From Azolla caroliniana (Eukaryota; Plantae; Polypodiophyta), in NCBI GenBank assembly GCA_043228905.1, contig JBHGNT010000004.1, positions 22,382,001 to 22,446,000 of the forward strand: DNA of 64,000 nt, in the 5' to 3' direction. The position numbers were made by a program, and so were the translations under genes. Below, piece after piece: positions 12,601-25,271 of this stretch (position 1 is its first letter; every line of letters starts with the position of its first letter). The notes beneath the pieces are model-generated. The model had not been told where the DNA came from. It saw nothing but the letters and a program-made list of their open reading frames with translations, and searched no databases.

Positions 12601-14819
12601 TTCTTCCACGATAGTAGCTGTTGATTCCTTTGCTCTAGCTTTAAACAAACTCATTTCTTCTCTTCTGTAATATCCTTCTCCTTGGCACTTTAACAGGCTT
12701 GAGGTCCTAGTTTCAATGATACCATGCATAATACCCCTATGCTCAAAGATCATGCAATGTATAAATATAGCATCTCAGTGAACTGAGAAAAATGGCATAC
12801 TTCAACTGGTGCATTTAGGCAACTAAGATGTGTGCCTTCTGGCACTTCTATGAAAGAAATCTCAATCTTTATTTTATGGTTGGACATGTCTGTGCAATCT
12901 TGACTAGGGCAAACCATCTCCTACAGCTTTATAGCTATATACTTTGCTGTTCAGTTATTAGAAGATAATTCAAAGTTAACCAGAACTTTAAGCTTTAGAA
13001 TCGAAGTGCCTAAAACAATTTCCCTAAATAATATAGCATCAGAGATGCAACTTTCCTAATCTAAAGGGACTTGGGGTTAGTGGTGAGTGTGTAGACTAAA
13101 CAATAGAACGAGTTTCAACCCCGAAATGCAATTCATTAGGACATCTTTAAATAATCATGTCCAGTCATATGAACAGGGGAACTCGTTACGACTTTATAGA
13201 AAGGGAAGTGTAAGCAAGTCCTAGAAGGGAAACTCTTGTGTTTTTATGCATCTCCATTTACAATATCAGGATGTAGAAAATGTTGTTTCGGCTACATGCA
13301 TGCACATGGAAAACACATTCTCTCTTCAGGAAAATGATACATCCATGACTCAAAACCATGATACTAATTACTACAAATGCAACATAATGAAAAACCAGAG
13401 TTCTAATCTTTTAACCGGAAAACATAAAGATATGGTATAATTTTCTAAAGCACAGACTGATAGAAAACAACTCACCTTTGTGACAACATAATCGATAGAT
13501 GGTTCAAAACTTGCTGGGGTTTTTTTGGTGATATCATTGGGAATTAAATCCAATGTATAACCAACAGAGAGCTTTGCTGCCATTTTGGCGATTGGAAAGC
13601 CTGTAGCCTTAGATGCTAAGGCAGACGACCTTGAAACCCTCGGATTCATCTCTATGACCATAACTTCGCCATCTTGTGGATTAACAGCAAACTGTACATT
13701 GGATCCCCCACATTCCACACCAATTTCTCTCATTATTGCTACTGCTTGGTCCCTCAGGCGCTGATATTCTTTGTCAGTCAGAGTTTGGGCAGGCGCAACA
13801 GTAATAGAATCACCAGTATGAACCCCCATTGGATCAATGTTCTCAATTGAGCAAATGATGACAACATTGTCCGCCAAATCTCTCATCACCTCAAGCTCAT
13901 ATTCTTTCCATCCCAACAGAGATTTCTCTACCAACACTTGTGAGCAAAGACTGGCAGCTAAACCTGCCTTACATATCGCCTCAAACTCCTCCTTGTTGTA
14001 AGCAATCCCTCCACCAGTCCCTCCAAGCGTAAATGCAGGCCTTATGATCAAGGGATAGTCACCAATCTTTTGTGCTATTTGAAAGCACTCCTCAAGTGTT
14101 GTTGCAATCCCAGAAGGTGGTGATTTCACTCCAATCCGATTCATGGCTTTCTTGAAAAGATCCCGATCCTCTGCCTTCTTGATGGCGTCCAGCTTGGCTC
14201 CGATCAGCTCTATCCCGTACTTTTCAAGGATCCCTCCTTCTGCCAGCGCGACTGCGAGGTTCAATGCGGTTTGTCCCCCCATGGTTGGGAGCAGAGCATC
14301 TGGTCTCTCCTTCTCCAGGATTTTCTCCACTAATTCAGGAGTCATGGGGGTGATGTAAGTAGAATCTGCAAGTTCTGGGTCCGTCATGATGGTTGCCGGG
14401 TTTGAATTTATGAGAATCACCTCATACCCCTCCTCCTTGAGCGCTTTACACGCTTGAGTTCCCGAGTAATCAAACTCGCATGCCTGCCCAATGACAATGG
14501 GCCCCGCCCCAAGTATCAGTATCTTCTTGATATCGGTCCTCTTCTGTCCTTTCACTTTCAAGCCACCCTCCTCAGCTGCAAAAACAGGGGCCTGAAAGGA
14601 AGGAGGGGGAGGAGCAACCCTGACTTCAGCAGAGACCTGGGTGCGGATCTTCCCAGTTGCGAATTTCAGAGATGGTGGAGGCAGAAAAGGAGATGGGCAC
14701 CATCGAGGCCGCCCAAAACCAAACGCAACCCCGGATCCGACAAAACCCAGATTGAACTGAGAGGAAGATGTAGAGGCAGCAGCGACAGAGGTCATGCAAG
14801 AAGCAGCAGGGGGTGCCAT
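9680..14819 (-). CDS. carB: Carbamoyl-phosphate synthase large subunit, plastid-targeted (about 1180 aa)
   Basis: Exons 14819-13476, 11964-11272 and 11185-9680 with GT-AG phase-0 introns give a continuous frame. Motifs [48 protein letters not shown], a C-terminal MGS domain and a Ser/Ala-rich transit peptide. Confidence 0.97.
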
Positions 14820-14917
14820 GGAGAAGGAGATGGAGATGGAGATGGAGATGGCGATGAAGGAGCTAGGAACTCGAACACACTAAACCGCACGCAGCACAGC
14901 TGAGTTCAGCAGCTATT

Positions 14918-15375
14918 CAAAACCCTAAAAAAGGAAGGGAGGATCCGTGCCTGTCCCCTCCTGCATTGACGATGGCCCTACCCCCCCCCCCCCCCCCTAC
15001 CCCTACCCCTATAAAGCCGACAGACGCCTCTATCTACTACCTCGGCAATACAAATTGTATACACATTCCATTAGAATTCTGGATTTAGGGTTTTGGCAGG
15101 AGGACACAGATAACACAGGACAGGAACAGGGGAGGAGAGAGGAGAGAGGAGAGAGGCTTTATTGATTTGTTTATAAGCTCATTGTTGTGGACCTCATGCA
15201 TGCATTCTCTCTCTCTCTCTCTCTAGCATGATGTCGCACTATTGTCTATACACATGAAGCAAGCCCATTAGAATCCAAGAATTAGGGTTTTGGCAGCACA
15301 CAGGACAAAACACACACACATAACATAACACATGAAACAAGCCCGTTAAGGTTTTGGCAGGACACAGGACAAACA
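14918..15375 (-). promoter_or_regulatory. carB upstream region with repeated telo-box (AAACCCTAA) units and a site-II-like motif
   Basis: AAACCCTAA near 14920. TTA(G/A)GGTTTTGGCAG...CACAG repeated near 15085, 15282 and 15346. AGCCCA (site II TGGGCY on -) near 15262. Confidence 0.5.
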
Positions 15376-15559
15376 CACAAAAGAGAGGAGAGACGCTTCA
15401 TTGATTTGGTCCTGCTCATTGTTGCAACCTATTCTGGGCATCTGGGCAGCATTGCCTTGTCCTTTTGGCCCTCTCATCCTGCATGTAGGATGTAGCCCCC
15501 CCCCCCCCCCCCCCTCCCCTCCCTCGTGAATGGCCATTAGACAGACATATGTTTGTAAA

Positions 15560-15900
15560 GGCGATTGTTATATGTTGGCATCTAGTATTGAAAACGAGGC
15601 ATGTTCCCCTCGCATAATAGTTATGTTCCATTGAAGAAGAGGTGTACATGACTATTTACCTTATGAGTGGATGTTTGATCGTTGAAATGCACAATATGCC
15701 TTCATATGAAAGCTTATGTGGAAGAAAGCTTGACTTCTCACATTTGAAAGTGTTTGGCGACATTGTGTATGTGCATGCATTGGGCAAGATCGGCATAAAG
15801 TTGGAAAGGTGTGTCTTCGTCAACCAATTTCTTGAGCATAAAGAGTACAAGTGTTACAACCCTTCAACCTAAATAGTTTGTGTTAAAGCAATCTTGTGTG
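15560..15900 (+). mobile_element. Ty1/copia integrase remnant
   Basis: ORF 15642-15872 (TIYLMS..PSYESLCGRKLDFSHLKVFG..YKCYNPST) resembles the copia integrase C-terminus at 23286-23531. Confidence 0.8.
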
Positions 15901-18803
15901 CAATAAATTGGCATCACGGTACACCCAAGCTTAATGTCAACCTCACTTGTGAGGATTAAGGATGACATTGACGTTAGGTTGGGCCAAACACCACGTGGCC
16001 ATGTTGATAACTTGTTTTTCACCATGATAAGTTGCCTAATTAAGCTTGAGACCCTTAATTATAGAATGTCACGGTGTGGAGTGACCATAGCACGACTTGA
16101 TAATGACAAGGCCTAGTTATCGAGTATGAAGATGACTATAAAAGCTCCAATAGAGAGAAAGCATGCTCCATGGAGCCAACAAGCTTGGTGTGTCTATCGT
16201 GAGGACACCCAATGTGAAGAAAGACCTACAAAATGCGCAAAAGAAACAACAATCCTCCACTCATTAGAAAATTTGTAGCAAAAGAAACAACAATGCTCCA
16301 CTCATTAGAAGAGCTTCATGGGCTAAGGTGGTGGGTTCAAAAAGAGGAATACGGAGAAAAAGGGAGGAAGTGGAACAATGTAGAAAACGATGTAAATATG
16401 TAAAGAGACAAAAAAAGTATTTAAACTTAATGGTCTAGTGTTTAAGGTTATTGATTGCATGGGACAACGTAGAGGTTTCAAGGTTGGCATGTGTGTGGGA
16501 GTTAACTACCCCTTCATTGAATTTCAATGAAACGGGGCATGTAAACATTTATTACATGTGGACATCTCTTCATTGAATTTCAGTTGAGCTATAAGAGGAT
16601 TAAGGAATGAAGAGGCGCGATTGTGGAAATTTCAAGAGAAAATTGGAGAATGAATAAGTGAAGAAACCTTGATCACAGAGTAGGTTGAGTTATTACGACA
16701 TGAACATCATATTAACTTTCTTCTCCTTGTGTAATTCATACAACGGATCTAAGATGAGCCCAATGTTCCACTCAACAACACTTATTCAAACCACCCACGT
16801 TGCTTGAATGAGACTTTACAAGCCTTGTCCAATCACCGTCACCCAACCTTGGATGCCCCCAAAAACTCCCATCAAAGACCATATGCAAAACTTCTATCAT
16901 TACTAACTACCATATTACGTATTGCATGGTACATAGGGAATTTGGGGAAGAGATATCTTTATCCTTTTTCATGATAGAATGAGAGTAAAGGATCTACTTC
17001 AACCAATATTCCTTTGGGTACCACCATACATTATATTGAGTTAAAACTTAGGAAAGGTGGACAATTAGTCAGAGCAACAGTTGCTACAACAAAGGTCGTA
17101 GCCAAGGGAGATTAGCTACACCAAGACTACCTTCTGGTGAAATTCGGTTAATACCTTCAAATCGTTTAGCAAGTGTAGGGCAAGTTGGAAATACTACAAG
17201 TTATAGATAACACATACATATACAACTCAATGGTTTGTGATGAAGTATTGACCTTAGCACCCTCACTAAGGCTCTATAATAGTAACTTTGTTACCCCTTG
17301 CAACAATTCCTCTTTCAAAAGATATGAATAACGCACACATTGTTTTAACTTACATCACTACAATGTCCAAATAAATGTAAAAGGTTGATACTAAGAGAAT
17401 AATTAAGCAATATAAAAAGAATCTAAATATAATAACTTCATGCAACGTATGAATCATCAAGTAGAGAACATTCCATCATTTAGTTCACAATTTAATAAAT
17501 GGCTGAAATAAAAAACGAGGGATTAATCTTAACAAATGATTATTCAAAAAGGTTTTTTTTTTCCATAAAAATTATGCTTCATTGGTATTAAAATTAAAAA
17601 GGCCAAGGAACTATACAAAAAGGTTTATTCTTACTTTGATAGAACAATTTGTATTAGTTCAAAAATGTCTTTAGAAGTAGAATCACAATGCCTTTAATAG
17701 AAGGGTAACATAAGTCTAAGAGATTGGCATAACATCAATGCATGACCACCAAATTAAGTCACAATTTAGTCTTGATAACTAACAAAACTTGTAATATCCA
17801 CAACTAATAAATGTGTCAAGAAAGTCCACAGCAAACACCCACTAATAAAAGTCCATAGCAACAAACACCCAAAGGGTTTTCTTTACTTCTTGAAATGTTC
17901 TAGGATTTTCATTACTTTCCCCAAGTGCTCTTTATCAACCCTTGATTAATTTACTGCAGCACTCACTTGGAGGTCCTAAAGGTATAATTGAAAATAGAAC
18001 ACACATGCACATTTACATCCATATTTCTTTTACATTGAATTCCAGGCAATATGAAACCCAATCTGCCAGCACTAAATTTCTAAACATTTTCAGGGAGATC
18101 AGTGTGAGTTCCAGCCTTGTTTCAAAACAGAATCTCTCCATTTGTAGCAGAAAATGGACACCCATGGTAAATGAGGTTAGCTTTTTCTTTCTTGATGAGA
18201 TACATCATGTTTAGTTCGTCAGCCCCGTCAAATATTCATAACCTCGACACAGGAATATGCATTTGTTTCATACTATATCATTCTTTATGTCAGTTACAGG
18301 AAACCTGGTTGAGGTTAAATAAGCTTGACAACGGAAACATTCTCTACCACCTAAACAAACTTTACTACAGAACCTCTCATTGGAATATCAGATATCCTCT
18401 TAAACATTCATTATTTTCAACACACCTGCAGTTTCTTTGGAAATCCTGCGTCATTTATTATAGATTACAGGTGCTTGCTGCATTTCCTGTAAATCTGTCT
18501 ACAATCCTAGCCATACCCCCCCAACCCTTTGATTCAAATGAGGGGAGGGGCACACCAGGAAATTTTCGAGACTGCCTGTATAGCATTTATGTTATATGTC
18601 ATATGATGGCAGGGTTGGAATTAAGGAAATGACGTGAGAAACAAAAACTATATTTTGTCTGTCCAAAGGGTTGTTGAAGCACATGGTAGTTCAATATTTT
18701 TTCGAGCAATTGAAACAGCCAGACATGCTTGAAAACCCTAGCCAGCAGTCCTAGTAGACCTGTTGAGAGTTCTTTTCCTGACCAATGATCATGTCATCAT
18801 TGG

Positions 18804-20720
18804 TCACAAGCCAGAATGTGTGGCCGAAACATCGCCATATTGCTCCAAAAAGAATGCTTTCCTGTACATCCGCTTCGAAATCTCCTTTGACAGCCGTTCC
18901 ACTTCCTTGTCTAGTCCAAGTTTCTCGAGCCATTCTCTGAAGCTGATAAGTGTTTTGGTCCCAAATTTGAGAGATTTGCTTTCAAGCTTTTCTATTGTCT
19001 CTATTGCCTCTGCTAGCATGTTCTTCTTCTCACATGCAATAAGTAACCTAGCTAATGACTTATCAGTGGGTTCAATTCCAATCGATATCATATTATCAAA
19101 GACCTGAATCGCATGTTTAACATCCTCGTCTCTGGTGTATGCGTCCATGAGAGCAGAGTATGATCTCCTCTCAGGGTAGAACAACTTCAACTGCATTAGC
19201 TGGAAAACGCGTTCTGCATCTTTGACATGGCCAATAATACCATATCCTCTAATCAGTGAAATAAAAATCTCAATTTTTAAAGATATGCCTGCATTTTCCA
19301 TGTCTTCAATATATCTCTCAGCCTCTTTTGCATGACCCAGCTGACTGTAAGCTTCCACCAGGGCACAATACAGAAGTGTGTCAGGCATAAGTCCCCATAA
19401 CTTCATCTCAGCTAACTTTGCTTTGACCATGTTGAGATTCCCTATCTTCCCATACATTGCAATCACTACAGTGTATGTGACTAAATCTGGGAATATATTC
19501 CTCTCTCTCATGACAAGAAAAGCCTCTTCAACTGCATCATGGTTACCAAGCTGAATATAAACCCGCATGAGGTTTGTGTAGTCTCGTGCATCGGCTCGAA
19601 ATGCTGGATCATGCAGTGCAAAATCATAAACCTGGAATGTTTTGCAAAGATACAACTTTAGAAGAGAAACATATGCATTCAAGAGTATCTTATGATTAAG
19701 TACAAGATGATGGTGAGTATTTTATAAAATTCGTGCCTAGGCTCAGGAAACAGACAGGGTGTGGCAGGATGAGCAGATCAGGTTACAAATTAAATCAAGA
19801 TAAAATAAGGCATATACTGTATCTACGCAGACTCATGTTGACATATTAATTGTCAATTGCAATACTTTTGTATTTACCGTGATGATGTCTACCTTTTCTG
19901 TTTGTATTTCTTATCTTGAGGTTTTCTCTCTCAAGTACTGTAATGAGGAAATAACTTGATGATAAAATTATTGCCCAAATAAATAAGATCTGATTTCTCA
20001 ATCTGTGTCAGTGAGTACAGGCATTGTGCATTTTCCAGGTATTTGGATGTACGTTCAGCAGATATTATTGAGTAAAAAGACATAATATACCTGTAGTAGC
20101 AAACTCTTGTCTTCTTGTTCTCTGAAATATCGAATGACATAAAGCCAGTCTGCTCTTTCGAGGTTCATGGAGGAGCAGGTGGAGAGAAATTGGTGGGGAT
20201 GAGGGGAGGCAATGAGTTCGAGTATCATTTTCCTGGCTCTGGCAGGCACATTCTGCCGTTTCCCAGGTTTTGCCGGGAATCGAGGCCTTTCTCGCTCTAT
20301 GTTGAGGCGGGGTCTTGGTCTTCTACGACGGAAATCCCGTTCCGCATCCAGATCATCCAAGCGCAGGTGCAGCTCAGAACCTTCACTTTCAGAAGCATCA
20401 TCATCATCCTCGCTCTTGCTCTCGCGATCTCCCTCGCCCTCGCCTGTTGCTGGGAGCAGCACAGCGCTCAGAGAGGAGGAAGGCAGAGAAGAAGGAGCAT
20501 ATTGCTGCCGGTATATTACTACAACGAATGATGATGATGATCCTCTCCTGCGGCTGTTACTGCTGGGCTGAGAGGAAGGCATGGCCATAAGCTTGGGCAT
20601 GGGTGTGGGTGTGGGTGTGGGTGTGGGTGTCCCGAGTAATGAAGAGGAGGAGGAGGAGACAGAGAAACCATAAGCCTCCCCTCCTCCGAGAGAGGTGAGG
20701 AGAGCATGAGCCATGGCCAT
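18804..20720 (-). CDS. P-class pentatricopeptide repeat protein (resembles Arabidopsis At1g01970), organelle-targeted
   Basis: Exons 20720-20091 (CAG|GTATAT) and 19631-18804 (TTCCAG|GTT) join in frame. ADWL and RDYTNL motifs are followed by about six 35-aa P repeats. Ser-rich N-terminal targeting peptide. Confidence 0.88.
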
Positions 20721-21467
20721 AGCTTCTCCTATTACACCCTCACCTATGTGGATGAAGTGGAACAGAGCAGGGGAACAGAGCAACAGAACACTCTCCCTGC
20801 TGTACAGATATATATGTATTATGTATACATATATACATATATCATATATGTATACATACAGTATATGTACATATATCATTATTCATATACATATGTATAT
20901 GTAGAGACAGACATACAGAAGTATACACAAGAAAAGCATATCATATTGGCCAAGCCGAGGATATGCCTTCTTGAATAGATACAATGCTTTTTCGACAACT
21001 CGATCGCTACAATGAGCACCTCGATCTTTTCTTTTGTCCGCTTGTGCTCGAGATGATCCTCGTGCGCATGCACCCGCCGAGGTCTCCGTATCGATCCAAC
21101 GTTTGCCATTGCCCAATCATTTGTTATGCATGTTGTCACTGATTGTAAATCCTTGTTTCTCGTTTTCATGTCTTCTTGCTTTGCACGAAGAAACCAAAGG
21201 GGCGACCCCACACAATACATTTAGAATGTCTTACATCACTTTCAAAACCCTACAGTGTAATTGCTAAACCCGATAACATACTTTTGTTACTTCAAATTCC
21301 TGAGAGTGAATGAAGGAGTGGACACATTTGCTATTTACATAACGTTAGGGCCATTCTCACGAGGGATCTTTTTATATACATCCTCCCTTTATCTTTAAGC
21401 GCGCAACACTTTGTTGGAGCAACATTATAGGTTTTTCTTCTCCTCTTGCCTATATATTATGAGAATT

Positions 21468-24250
21468 TATAAAGAATCATGAGTGTAGGTGAACTTGTGC
21501 AGCAGAAGGAACTCTGTGTGTGTAACACCAAAGGAGAGAGAGAGAGAGAGAGAGAGAGAACTTAGAGACAAATAACAATAAGCTATATATAGACAAAAAG
21601 TGAATTACAACAGTAACTAAGTTACAAAAGGTTGGTTTAAATGCCAACTAACCTAGGGCAACTACCCTTTATGCTATTTACAAAACTAGCCTAGTGTAAA
21701 TGCCATTTCATTGGGGAAGTTGGGTTTGATTCTCAACACGCCCTTTCGAACACAACTTTCAGTCGCCGGAGAGATTGGCTCGTTTTGGCTTTCCAGATTT
21801 CTCGGCTGTATGGCTGGATGGTCGCTCGGCTCGGCTTCGATTGTTTCAACTCCTTGTTCGATTTGTGTCCATTGATCAACTAATCGGTTGTTGTGTTGTA
21901 CTTCTTGGTTGTTGTACTCCCCCTCAAGCTCAACAATGCAGATATCGTTAGACCTAGGTCTGATGTAAATTTCCCGAGCTTGTCAGCTCTTAAGGCTTTT
22001 GTGAAGATGTCGGCAACCTAAAGATTCGTGCTAATGTGTTGCAGGTCGACTTCTCTAGCTTGGACCCGCTCTCCAATGAAGTGATAGCGCACTTTGATAT
22101 GCTTCGTGTGCACCAGGTTTTGAGCCAAATGAGTATTGCTCATGGTGTCGCAATAAAGGAGTATCAGATCCTTGACGGGAACGTCCAGATCCTTTGATAT
22201 CCTTTTTAGCCAAATGGCTTCACATGCAGCGACAACAGTGCCCCTATATTCGGCCTCTATGCTCAATAGTGCAACTGTCGGCTACTTTTTGCTGCTCTGG
22301 GGGATTGCTCCGCTGCCAATGGAGAAGGCGAACCCTGAGGTCGATCGTTTGTCAACCTTATAGTCGGCCCAATATGCATTTGAGTCGGATGATCCTGTCT
22401 GACTTGTACATGATGTTATAATCCATCATCCCATGAATGTACTTGAGTACTCTCTTAGCGCAACCCATATGAATATCCTGAGGTTTCTGCATTAATTGGC
22501 TAAGTAGACCAGTTTGATAGTTAAAGTCGGTCGTGTGACGGTAAGATAGATTAAGATACTGATCAGTTGACGATATCGAGTTGGCTCACACTCTTTTATT
22601 CCAGAGTCGGCATCAAGCTTGAGGTTTTGATCGAGAAGGGTTGACGCAATTTTACACTCAGTCATTCCGAACTTTGTAGAGCAGGTTGCAGATGTAGTGC
22701 CACTGAGAGATCATAATCCTAACTGGTGTCCTAATTACTTCTATGCTGAGGAAGTAATGGAGCTCGTGCATGTCTTTCATTTCGAATCTGCCAGATAGGA
22801 GTGATTTGACTTTACTAATGTCGACTAGATTCTTTCCTCCTATGATCAGATCATCTTACAAGATGATGTCAATTGGGTTGTTCGACTCACTTTTGATGTT
22901 GAGGGAGTTATCCGATTTTGACATGCCGATTTGGTGAAGATATTGAGTGATCTTCGAGTGCCAAGCACGTGGTGCTTGCTTAAGTCCGTACAATGGCTTC
23001 TTGAGTTGACTGGCTGCGATCAGATGCTTGGTCGACTCGAAACCAGGTGGTTGGATCATGAAGACCTCTTCTAATTTGCCTAGAAGGAAGGCACTCTTTA
23101 CGTCCATTTGATGGAGGTGCCATCCTTTAGCAACTGCGAGTGCAATGACTATCTGAACAATCATCATCTTTGCCACTAGGGCAAAGGTCTCCTCATAGTC
23201 ATGTGTTTGAGGATATCCCTTAGCTACGAGTCATGCCTTGTAGTGGTTCACTGAGCCATCAACATTTCGACTCACTCGAACCTTTTTAGGTAGATGGATT
23301 ATAGCATTTGTACCCCTTTTGTTCAAGTGAGTACCCTACGAGGATAAATTTCTCTAACTTGGGATCGAGCTTTTTTGGGTTCTCGTCGGGAACATGTACA
23401 TAAACGATTGAGCCGAATATCTTGACGTGGGATAAATCCGGCGTCTTCCCCAAAAAATCCTTGTGGGGTGTGACATCGTGCACTCTTATGGTGGTGCACC
23501 GATTCATAAGGTAAACAATTGTGTTTGCCACTTCTGCCTAGTACAACTTTGGCAGGTTCTTCTCGTTCATCATTGCTCTTTCCACCTCTAATATGTGTCA
23601 ATTCTTGCATTCGGCCACACCATTTTGTCGAGGTGCATGTCGACATGAGAACTCTCATCAAATTCATTCCTTCCAGAGATAAGCTATGAATTTAGTCGAG
23701 AAGTACTCTTTACCCCCATCTGATTGAAGGCATCGGACATGCCGACCTATGACTTTTTCGTGAGCTCCTTCAATGTAGCTCCAATAACCTTGGTGACAAG
23801 GTATTGGTGCATCTTATATTCCCAAGATGCAAAGTTTGTTCTATCAAGTTTCTCGATGGGTAGAGCGCTTCCCATATGAGTATTCATAGTATTGTTTTCT
23901 TCTCTGTTGTTGAACTGGTTCAATTGATCGTTGGTGTGCAACACAACACAGTTGAGCAAGTTTGATTAGACAACCACATGCTCTGATACCATGTAAAGAA
24001 TCGTGAGTGTAGATGATCTCGTGCAACGGAAGGAACAGTGCGTGTATAAAACCAAATGAGAGAGAGAGAACTTAGAGACAAAGAACAAGAAGGTTTATTA
24101 GACAAAAGTTAATTACATCCAACAGTAACTAAGTTACAAAAGGTTGATTTAAATACCAACTAACCTAGGGCAACTGCTCTTTTTGCTATTTACAAAACTA
24201 GCCTAGTGTAAAAGCCATTTCATCGGGGAAGTTGGGTTTGATTCTCAACA
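21468..24250 (-). mobile_element. Internally deleted Ty1/copia element with both LTRs
   Basis: LTRs at 21468-21738 and 23992-24250. PBS TGGTATCAGAGC (tRNA-iMet) on - at 23980-23991. Fragments of gag (KLDRTNFASW), integrase, RT (QMDVKSAFL, LYGLKQAPRAW) and RNase H (EAEY, KHI). No convincing TSD. Confidence 0.92.
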
Positions 24251-24730
24251 ACCTTGCAATTATTTTCTCGAGTCTATATGTTATGATATATAGTGTTTCA
24301 TTTATAATAGTTATCGGTAGTTTAATATAAAAAACTTACTTGTCGTTTTGAAGATCTTATTGATTATTCTTTTGATCTAGTTTGATATTTATATTGCAGG
24401 CGAAAAATAAACAAAATTACTCAAAAATTGCATAATGGCCATGAAAAACAACACATACAAGTTCCATGTACATATAGCACAATAAGAGAGAAAGGGGTAA
24501 TTATAATGACATAACATGGAAACTCAACCAGTTTCAAAGGGGTGGAGCGCCAAACGGCAGGCATTTGGTGACTTGAACCAAGGTCAGGATAGAAAGAGCA
24601 CGAGGGAGTGAAGGGAGGGTGAATTGTGAAGCGAGATATCGTGGACAACCAATTAAGACAAAGAATGGAAACAAATGGAGGCAATGCTGCAATCTACACA
24701 TGGAAGCAACGAAAGGAGAAGAGTTACAAC

Positions 24731-24910
24731 AGGGGAACTCAGGAGATGACACGACACGACTCAACACACGGATGCAAGAAGAGTGCGCCGGAAGGGGAAC
24801 TCAAGAGACGAGACGACATGAGACGACACTCAACACACGGATGCAAGAAGAGTGCACCAGAAGGGGAACTCAAGAGACGACATGAGACACACGGATGCAA
24901 GAAGAGTGCA
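24731..24910. repeat. Three-copy 62-69 bp tandem repeat upstream of UTP21
   Basis: AGGGGAACTCA..ACACACGGATGCAAGAAGAGTGC units start at 24731, 24793 and 24862. Confidence 0.85.
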
Positions 24911-25271
24911 TTGGGAGTTTGCACTGGAGTTCAACAAACGAAAACTTAGAAGAGTTGTGTGTGCCTGTGGTGTTGGGGAGGTTTAGGTCTGAACTTTGGA
25001 ACAGGAACAGGGGAGAGGGGGGGGGGGTTTAGTCAATTAAGTAAGCCTTAAGGATGAGTGACACACACACACGGAGGAAGGTTGAGAAAGAAAAACAGAG
25101 GAGTATGTACACAGAGAAAGAAAACAGAGGAGAGGAGAGAAGGGAGAGAGGGTTTGGGTTTGTCTTGGTTCTTTAGCTTTTGCTTGGCTTGGCTCTGCTC
25201 TGCTCTGCTCTGCTCTGCTCTGAGAGAGAGAGAGAGAGACAGAAAGAGAGTGAGAGAGAGTGTGTGTGGAG

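Noticed and set aside
9680-14819. Bacterial contamination or recent HGT of carB
   Set aside because: It has spliceosomal introns and a transit peptide. It is the normal plant nuclear gene.
16480-16900. Hairpin CTTCATTGAATTTCAATGAA and an FDGS (RNase H-like) motif on the - strand
   Set aside because: A single short motif with no supporting frame. It is possibly an old retroelement relic but cannot be supported.
20721-20879. N-terminal extension of the PPR ORF (MIYVHILYVY...)
   Set aside because: It is translation of a (TA/CA)n-rich 5' region. The likely start is the ATG at 20720.
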